From Cycas panzhihuaensis (taxonomy: Eukaryota > Plantae > Cycadophyta): a stretch of 64,000 nucleotides of DNA. Shown here one piece after another: positions 54,900-64,000 of this stretch; within the stretch, counting starts at the first letter, position 1; every line of letters begins with the position of its first letter. A program made the position numbers and the translations under genes. The stretch spans positions 155,813,741 to 155,877,740 of the forward strand of contig CM041465.1 in the NCBI GenBank assembly GCA_023213395.1, written 5' to 3'. The notes under the pieces are model-generated. The model saw only the letters and a list, made by a program, of their open reading frames with translations. It did not search any database and was not told the DNA's origin.

Positions 54900-57800
54900 G
54901 ACAAGATGTAATAAATTGTAAAACAAAAATCTACATACTTGACAAACTTAATGGCCTTTGGCTTGTTTAAATTCAATCCAAAAGGGTTGGATGTGTTGAT
55001 TATGTAATTAAGAGACTCTAAGGTTAAGTAATGCACTTCTTTATTATGAGATGTACTAAGGTAGTGTGCTACTTTGTATGTGAGTTAGTATGTATCTTAA
55101 CTTACACCCACCTTTATAAAGGATATGTGTCATTCTATGGTGGAAGAACTCTTATTTTTTCTTTTTTCATGATTGATACTCAATAGAGATACGTAGATGT
55201 ATTAAATATTCTATCAAGAAAAATGGAGACATTTTTGTGAATAATAATAGATGAGATGTTAGCAGTGAACACCTATTTTATGGCTTATATTAGTTATTCT
55301 AGTGTTTAAAGTCATCCACTGTGGTGAGTGTGACAATGGGGAGTTAGGTGTTGTGGTCTTTGTCTACACTCTATGGGATATTTAATTAGTTGCACTAAGT
55401 AATGATATGTAAAACAATGGAATTATTTACACCCACAACAAAGAAAGTTAATTGAGAGGTTAATTGGGAAATGTGACATGAAGATGTTTGTAATAGGGTT
55501 GACTCTATTGGTTTTGTTATAACATGGGTCATTCTATCTAATGCCACATGGATTTTTATATACTTACTATATTTTATGTATTGGTGGGTGGTGTACTGCA
55601 TATAGATGATTAGGAGGATAACATGAAGTACCAAATAATTTCCTCTTATTACATTGGACACTAGCATAACCCATTGCAATATGTCCTTACTTGAACATTG
55701 CATTTAAATGCCAGACAAGTAAATTTGATTAAATATTACCATTTGGTATAGTAGATTCATTGTAATTTTTCTAATATTAAGAAATTGGCCCACTCTCCTT
55801 GTGCTTTAGGCTTTGCTCTTATATCTATATGCATATAGTCTATGCTAGTAATTAGTGAACTTTGAGTATCTAGGAATTATGTTGGGCTTGTATTGATTGC
55901 TTCAATTAGAGTAATTACTTAGGTTTTAATGCAAGGTGAATCGATGTTAAATTTGTGAGGGCCTTATGCTATATATGAAAGTTTAAATAAATAAAAATGA
56001 ACCAAATTGACACATAAAAGTATTGGGTTTAATATTTTAATTAATATTTAATTTATTAGTCATTACTTAGATCCCCCCTTCATGCTCTTATAACTCTCAA
56101 GATTCTTTTGATTATTATATTATACTCATCTTAATGGATATACAAGTGGCATCTTGGTTTGTGTGTCAAGCCACCAAGAGCACACTAAAGTTGATCTTGA
56201 GAGATCTCACATATACGTGAATATCTTATATATGTATGCATATTTTGTATTGTAATACAACAAGTTGAGTTAATTTTCTTAGCTCATCTTTGTGTCTCAC
56301 ATTTCTTTTTTCAAGATGTAGTATCACTCCAATACCACATCCAACATTTGGTATCAAAGTTAGAATGAGTTTTGATCCCTTGAGGGACCATCCATTCGAT
56401 TATGGATTCATGTGTTAATAACAAATTTTCTTGAAGTGCTGAATGTTAAAGAATGAAATGTAAAATTGTAGATTTAGAGCTATAGATCTAGCTTGCAAAA
56501 AGGACTATTTTAGAGGCCCACTAAAGTGAAAGTAAGCACATGGGACTGGCCATCCCAACATCTCAAATATGGGCTAGTTTTTTCTAAAAATCAAAGAATA
56601 TATGTTATATTATTTTAGCACATCTTCTAACATGCTATTAAGAGTCTTTATTACTAAGATTTGATCACTCATATGTTTGAATCTAGTCCTCCGTATGGTT
56701 GAAATTTTTAGTAACAAAAAGTAAAATTATCTTTCTTTTTTTGTAATATTTGCCTGATTTTTAGCTTCAGCTCATATTTTCTTAACACTTTTCTTCATTT
56801 GTTCAAAAGTGTCAATTATCTCATTTGATCCCTGTCCAATCTAGAGTGATATCATAATAGTTGGGGGAATAAAAAGTCAATTGCCTTTGAACTTAGTTAT
56901 AAGAAAGTCCAACTTCTTTTTGTCATCGCATTTGGTGTAGGTACCCATCTCTAAATACTCTATAATGGCATCTAAAGTTTCTGCATGTTTTCTAAATTCC
57001 TGATATAGATCAAGTTTCATGAGTACCAACTTAAAAGTAGGTACTAGCTGACAAGATCCTTTATAGATTAGCCATGGCACTCACTTATTCAATGTATTGT
57101 ACATGTTTTTTTTATGTATACACAGATGCATCTATATGTGAACCAGAGTTTGGAACTTGCTTTTGAGTGATCGAGATATACAATGGAACTATAAAGATAT
57201 GAGAGTTCATCAAGAAGTAAGCATATACTGCCCAGGTACGATCTTGGAGAGATCGGTATCCATCAATGGATAAAAGAACACATTAACGGGGTGGGAGATT
57301 TCATTCACCCAGATCCCAACTACATGGTTGGGCTTCTTCAATAATGGATATATAACTAGAATTGGTCCCATACGTGCAGTTATCAGTGAGAAAATGATGA
57401 CCACCATCACCACGAATGTTGAGAAGCCCGTGATGGTCAATGTAGAGGCTGTTATTATAGCCAGAAAGAAACTCAAGGAGGACCTGAAGTAGAGAATCAA
57501 GAACTAGTAGGATTCTCTATTAGACAATTTTAGCCAGAATGTCATTTTTAAGCTCGTTAGTGTGGAAATTAACCCAACTACCAAGTCTAGGAAGAGGAGT
57601 AAAGAATCTGTTTTAAAGGGATGGCTCTAGAAGTCTGTATCTCTATCTCTATGTTGCTTTGTTATAGGAGTGCATCAATAGGAAAGCCCTACCAAAGGCG
57701 ACATAAGAACATTGAAGAAGCATCGAAAAGTCGCAGACCTATAAAACAATATGAAGAAGAGCTATAATGCAAAATGGTGCCGCCATTGCTAACGTGACAT

Positions 57801-58794
57801 GCATGAAAATGGTATAAATATTTCATCTAGGATTTAATATGGCATTTAATTTTTTTTTTATTTTATATATATTTTGGAGTTCATCACTTTTTATATATTT
57901 TGAAGTCTTGATATATTTTGATTAGTTTTTTTTTTTAACTTAATCAAATTTAAATAATAGTTAGAGTTCACAGCCCCTCACTTGCTAGCAGATAGTCACA
58001 TGGAGTGATAGTGTGACTAGTGGCCTAATGTTAAAGGGGTTAAATTCTTTTTCAAAGATATTTTTGATTTTTAAGTATTTGTCTACATTGTTTTTATTGT
58101 ATCTTCTTCATATAGACTCCAATTTTGATTTCGTTAGTTGCATTGGAATCATATTTCATTCCTCTTTAAAATGCCTACTTATTTGACACTATTTGATTTT
58201 GTTTTGTAAGTGAAAATAAAGTCTAAAATTAAGTAAAAATATTATGCACTCAACAAATGTAACATTTGATACTATATAAGGTCTTGAGGGCCATGCTTAA
58301 AAATTTTATACCAGCATCTTGCAAGATTATTAAAGTTTAATGGTATGTCACACAAATGCATTTAAAAATTAAGCCTAAAATAACTAAGTTTGGTGATTTT
58401 TAGCACCCTATAAGGTGACAAATGATAATGTAATTCTTGATTTGGCATGTAAGACATAAGAGAAGGCATTACACATATTGGCTAAGTGTTAAAAGCCAAA
58501 AATATATAACAAATTTGAAGAGTTTGACATCAAGATGGAGTCTTTTTCAATAACAATAGGTGATGGTCAACCTATAATTGTAAGAGATAAATATCCTAGT
58601 TTAATCAATTCTTTGTGTGAGACTCATTTAAGTTACATGAGCATGATGTACATATATGTATTTTTTTAATATATGATTTATACTACATTAAAATTTGTTG
58701 GCCTTGTAACCTTTAAGGGATCAATAAAATCTCCATGCTTGCAACTTTATTTAATTGATAAGATTCTTTATGTGTTGGGGTCTTGACTTGTAAG

Positions 58795-58929
58795 CCTATT
58801 GAGGAATGTTGAAGTCCATAGAGGCCATTGTAAACCTATAGTGGTATATTGCAGCCTATAATGGCATGATTATAGTCCATTGAGACATGATTTAGAGCCT
58901 ATAATGGTAAATTTGAGGCTATAGTGTCC
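58795..58929 (+). repeat. Degenerate 20-22 bp tandem array in K, homologous to that in C
   Basis: Units such as cctatagtggtatattgcag and cctataatggcatgattatagt. Confidence 0.8.
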
Positions 58930-59218
58930 ATCATTGTATTTTTTATCATTAGATGCTGAAGAAAGTTACCTTATAATCTCATTTAACAAGAGGTGGGACA
59001 CTCTTTTTAGTTTCTCTTATATATTTTCTAAGACACTCGACAAGCCATGTAGGACTACTTATTCATGGAGTAGCAATAACAAAGAAATTCATTGAACATC
59101 TTAGTTACTCATGATACTCATCTTAATATGTATGCAAGTAACATCTTAGTTTGTGTGCCAAGCCACCAAGAGCACACTATTGTTGATCTTAAGAGATCTC
59201 ACACATACATGAATATCT

Positions 59219-59250
<32 letters not shown>

Positions 59251-59286
59251 TAAATATATAAATATATATGTATGTATGTATGTATG
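59219..59286. repeat. Compound (TA)n/(TATG)n microsatellite in the 3' LTR of K
   Basis: Seen directly. Confidence 0.95.
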
Positions 59287-62200
59287 CATATTTTGTATTA
59301 TAATATAATAAGTTGAGTTAATTTTCTTATTTCATCTTTGTGTCTCACATTTCTTCTCTTAAGATATAGTATCACTCCAATACCACATCCAATAAAAAAC
59401 ACATGTTTTTTGGTAGAATTAGTTTACCGATAAAGTTAGCATTCATTAAGAATCTATACAACTTGAATTTATTAATATAAAGTATTATACAACTATATGT
59501 ACAAGCGGAATTGGTAAAGGTTAATAAAAGAATCTGTAGTCACCCTGACACGTGTGACAAGTCCATTTAGGACTTTGTAACTTCTAATGACTCATCTACC
59601 ATATTTTATCCTCATATGAACATTAATCTAACACTCCCTCTTAATGTTTATATCATTAGCTTTAATGGCAGTATAAAATTTAAATTTATCAAATTTATCC
59701 TTGAGTAAAGGTTTTATAAAAATATTAGTAATTTACATTTTTGTCGATATGTATAGAAGCTTGATCTTTCCATTTTAAAATTCTTCTCTAATAAAGTGAT
59801 GATATATCTCAATATATTTGATGTAAGCATGGAATACTATATTTTTTTAGCAATCTTTAAAGTACTTCGATTGTCATGGTATAATGTAGTTGCTTTATTC
59901 TTATGTAGTCCTAAATCACTAAGCACCTGCATCAACCTAATACCTTCACATTTTTATACCTTGCCTCAGTAGATAATAAAGTAACGTTAGGTTCTTTCTT
60001 GCTATTCTAAGTGATAATAACTAAACCTATACTAAAGCCATAACCTGAAGTATACCTTCTACTATTCTCGCATCTAACCCAATTAGAATATCTAAATCTA
60101 GTTAGCTTAAAATTATTGTTCTGGATAAACTCTAATCTAAACTTTAATGTGCCCTATAAATATCTTATGACCATTTTTATAACTTTAATGGATTTGTTTT
60201 GATTCAGCCATAAACCTCTACATCATACTAATTGTAAAGAAACTATCAACCCTAGTAGTAGTTAAATAAATCAAATTATTAACTAGTTATCTAACCATGG
60301 TGCCATTAACTTGCTCACTATCCAGAGATATTAACTTTAAAAATGTTTCTATGGGGGTATATATAGGTTTATAATCTTTAATTCTGAATCTCTTTAGAAT
60401 TTCCCATGTATACTTAGCTTGTAAAATGAAAATTTTCTTGAACTTCTTACATACTTCTACTCTTAAAAAGTAGTGGAACAAACTAAGATTTAACATCTCA
60501 AATATCTTCTCGAGATCATTCTTAAGGCCTTCAATCTTTGAGATGTTATTCTTTATGATCACAATATCATCTACATATTAAATCACAAAGATGACTAGAT
60601 TTTCTCCAACCTCTATATATAGGTTTGGATATATTAGTAATCTCTTAAATCCATTGTGCAAAACATATTGACCAATCTTAGAATACTAGGCTCTTGGAGC
60701 CTATTTGAAGTCATACCGAGCTTTCTTCAAGTGATATACTAAATACTCTTTGCCTTTGGCCACATATCTAAGTGGCAACTCCATATAAACCTCTTCTACA
60801 AGATCTCCATTAAGGAAGGTAGTTTTGATATCAAACTTGTGTAATTACAATTTGAATTGAATGACTATCATTAGTATTTATCTATTTATCACCATCTTTG
60901 CTATTAGAGCATATGTCTCCTAGTAATCAATCCCTTCTTTTTGAGCAAATCCTTTAGCTACCAACCTAGTTTATATTTATCAATTATATCATCTAGTTTG
61001 AATTTGGTCTTGAAAAGGTTAATGTCACAAGGTCATTACATTAGTTGATTATTTAAAAAAAGGGTTTTAAGTGAACTTTAAATTAGATCACTTAAGTGAA
61101 ATGCACTTTCATATGTATTATGTGTAATTTTATTTCACCTAACTCTAATGCTCCCTCTCTCAATATAAAAGTAAAAGCTCAATGGAGGGGATTCATTCTT
61201 ACCTCTCCATTTTGTGAGAGCTACTTTCTTTCTCTCAAGTCTCTCTTGCTCCCATGTTTGCCTTTGTGTTTAGTGCATAGAGATGAAAGATAGATCCACT
61301 CTTTTCATGTGGTATCAGAGCTTACTTCCTTCATATTCCTCACTTACACTTGCAATGGAGTCATCACTTCCTTCTCCCCCATAACCCATGTGGTGAAGGA
61401 GATTGTGAAAGTAAATTTAGAAATATTTTTAAGTTATTATGATAGCATATTTTGTATTATTTACTTTTCCTTTCTTTTTTGTAGGTTTAGAAGCATAATA
61501 TAAGGAGCTGTAAGTCCCAAGGATTCCAATCCTTTGGTGGCCATTCATGCTATCTCATTCTTCTTTTTCTTTTCCCCTTTTTATCCATTTAACAAGAGGA
61601 AATACTGCCGAAAATTTTTCAGCATTTAGAAGAATGATTGTAAGGGGAGGTTTTACCCTTTTTTTTTTAAAAGAATTTCAATCCATTTAAAATATCCATC
61701 ATTGTATTCTCTCACCTTACCCATATTGGGATCTTAGTGATCAAAAAATAATGGAAATTTCATATGATATCATGTGTTAATGAGATATTAGTAAGCTGAA
61801 ATTACTACAGAAATACAATTTGATTACTGAACTTCACAGGTCTCCAAAATCTTCTATAAAGCTCCAATTGATGTGATTCCAATTTTTAGAGATGAGTCTC
61901 TAAGTCTACTTTCTGGCACAAAAACTAGCACCCAATTTGGATGTCGTATGAGGAAGTTATTGCTATTTTAGTGAACAACAATTATTTTTAGTAACAATTC
62001 TAGAAAAATATAATTTCTTAAATTTACGGGGTTGCCAAAAACTTTCCAAAACTCATTTGGACCTGATTCTACTTCTTGAAGATGAAGCTCTGATTCTAGT
62101 TTGCATCACAAAAATTAGTACTTCATTTCCACATTGTGGGAGAAAGTTATTACTGATTTAGTAAAGACTGCTTTCTTTTGTATTAACAAAAAAAAAAGTG

Positions 62201-63058
62201 AAGAAAATTTCTTTCTTCTTTTTATAAGGCTTAAAATCCCATTATAAAAGTGAGAAAAAAACACCTGGATCAGAGCAATATCGAGTGTCCTCACTCACTT
62301 ATTAGCATTGTATTTCATCACTCTAAAACCACTCAAAGCAAGCAATCTAAAGACATATTAAGCAAGCACTCTAAAAGCACTCCAAGCAAACATTCTATTT
62401 TCAGTTAAATGTACATTTGATGTAATTCGATAATCGTTTCACTCTTCCTAAAAGGAATGCATCATGTACGCTATTTTTTACCATCTTGTATCTATTCACA
62501 CACTCACCAAGGTTGAGAAACCTTGGTTGGAAGAATGTTGTGCCATAAAAGAGGTGTGGGTTTCAAGTTGGGACTGGACTAAACCAGAATATTGGTGAGG
62601 TTTGATTAGCCATATCATTGTACCTTAATCAGGGATCATCCTGATAACTAACTAGAAAAACTGAAACTTTAATACAAGATTAAAATATACTCAATCCAAT
62701 AACCATCATAGCCATAGGTATGCACGTGCCACTCTTTAAAGGAGGTATATAGCTGCTCATTGGTGAACTAGGTAAGGATTGGGAGTACTTGGGCTCCGTT
62801 GTGACTTGGATTTCATCACCAAGCACAATTATGGGTATCGTGGATGAAGGCTAACTTAATTCTACTAAAAGCCTAGGCATCCCTTCAACAACCTCAACTA
62901 TATGTTGGACATAAGTTAAAGGTTATTGAGTTGATTATGTATCCTACATTTGAGTTTCAAGTTGTGTAAACCTAATAATGTCAACTTCTACATTGGCCTA
63001 CAATCTTGTATATTGATCACTTACTTATTTGTAAAAAGTGATCCATAGTGTAATCACA

Positions 63059-63190
63059 ATCATAGTGCTTCTCATATTCCTATTGTGTCAGGTTAATATT
63101 TTCCACAAGTGTTGATAGCCAATTTTTATCATAGTGCTTCTCATATTCCTATTGCGTCAAGTTAATATTTGTCATAAGTGTTGGTGACTT
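63059..63190 (+). repeat. 69-bp tandem duplication in the leader of O
   Basis: atcatagtgcttctcatattcctattg.gtca.gttaatattt..ca.aagtgttg occurs twice (63059, 63128). Confidence 0.9.
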
Positions 63191-63350
63191 TTCTCTAAGT
63201 TGCTCCCTTCATCTTTGAGCAACCATTCTCACTTCTTCTTCCTTCTGCTATACTACTTCATTACATTTCCCATTTGTAAATAGTGATTGGTCATTTATTT
63301 CCATCACTTTTTTAGTCCCTTGTTTATTTCTTCCCTTCTAGAAAGACACC

Positions 63351-64000
63351 ATGTCTTCACAGTTCAAGCAAAATGTGAACTAAATTCTAAAAGAGAAAGA
63401 AAATTGGGACGTGGTTCATTGGTGTTAGAAATGCTGCAAAGTATGGAGGTCTATGGAGAGATTACTTGTAACCTATACCATCTGTTACAGCTACAACTAC
63501 CTCAGCTACTTCTAGAGGAGGTGCTCCAACTGCTCCCACTGAAGTTATAGTTAAATGCCAATGGGAAATTGATGATGATAAAATCCATGCAGGGATACCG
63601 CTTGTCACTGATTATTCCCTGTATAATCTCATTAATAAAGCTGTACATGATACAACATGGAAAGTTCTTGAAGTTCTTAAGAATAACTTTGACACTAAAT
63701 CAAACTTAGAATTTGTTCACTTAGTGCTGAAGATGAACAAATTGAAAATGCACAAAGGACATGCAAATGAGACAATCAATCTCCTTCATCAAATTAAGTA
63801 AGTCATTGATAAAGATTTTAAAACTCAATGAATTACATGGGCTTTCTTGATTCACTCATGTCTCTATATCCTAGATTACAAAAATCTATTGGGAAGTCTT
63901 CAATCTAGTGGCACTTTGAAGACCCTAAACTTTGAGGATCTTACTAATAAGTTCATTGAATTTGATAAGACCTTTGATACCAACTTTGCCACTATATCAG
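63351..64000 (+). pseudogene. Copia-type gag of O (frameshifted)
   Basis: ENWD..WFIGVRNAAKYGGLW..WEIDDDK..TWKVLEVLKNNF..LKMNKLKM..YKNLLGSL..LNFEDL. Confidence 0.7.

Larger units (their letters stand above)
56021..59394 (+). mobile_element. Non-coding non-autonomous LTR element K (3.4 kb), inserted in the 3' LTR of N
   Basis: 5' LTR 56021-56346; PBS TGGTATCAAAGT 56349-56360; 3' LTR homology 59114-59394 (its first ~100 bp and PPT not found); TSD aaaag/aaaaa. No gag/pol recognised. Confidence 0.8.
55976..61010 (-). mobile_element. Ty1/copia element N (3' part: RT, RNase H, 3' LTR split by K; interrupted by O)
   Basis: RLVAKGFAQKEGIDY*ETYA, DIKTTFLNGDLVEEVYME, YVDDIVI, FHAYIKYIEIYHHFIRE; PPT 59634-59640; LTR inferred as 55976-56020 plus 59400-59633. 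Confidence 0.82.
61011..64000 (+). mobile_element. Ty1/copia element O (5' LTR, PBS, ~2-kb leader, gag; runs off the right edge)
   Basis: LTR TGAAAAG...CTTTTCA 61011-61307; perfect PBS TGGTATCAGAGC 61310-61321; interrupts the RT of N at the FKTKFK motif. Confidence 0.88.

Noticed and set aside
63971-63983. Reverse-complement PBS-like ctttgatacca
   Set aside because: Lies within the gag frame of O (TFDTN) with no adjacent LTR.

Overview
This is AT-rich, CpG-depleted eukaryotic DNA, most likely from a large-genome land plant such as a gymnosperm. It consists almost entirely of old, nested, decayed LTR retrotransposons; I found no host gene, RNA gene, CRISPR array or intact ORF. The nesting was reconstructed by eye from LTR pairs, tRNA-iMet PBSs, PPTs, TSDs and interrupted pol motifs. 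A chromodomain-bearing Ty3/gypsy element G (+; 14611-15404 and 38399-~41985) is interrupted by copia E (-) and by copia B (-; 15405-38393). E carries copia A and gag-only element F. B carries five insertions: copia D, non-coding LTR element C, truncated gypsy H, a 558-bp collapsed gypsy I, and full-length copia J. The right third holds heavily degraded gypsy/copia remnants, a gag-protease-only gypsy M, non-coding LTR element K inserted in the LTR of copia N, and copia O inserted in the RT of N. The most unusual signals are (1) a non-coding module with fixed ungapped spacing (ATAACTT at 1, GAA at 48-50, GAGA/C at 61) seen 7 times in 5 different elements of both superfamilies, (2) a hairpin enclosing the PPT/3'-LTR junction in 6 elements, with different arm sequences, and (3) decayed antisense coding-like blocks plus ~21-bp arrays shared by the two non-coding elements. 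All coordinates and counts are manual.
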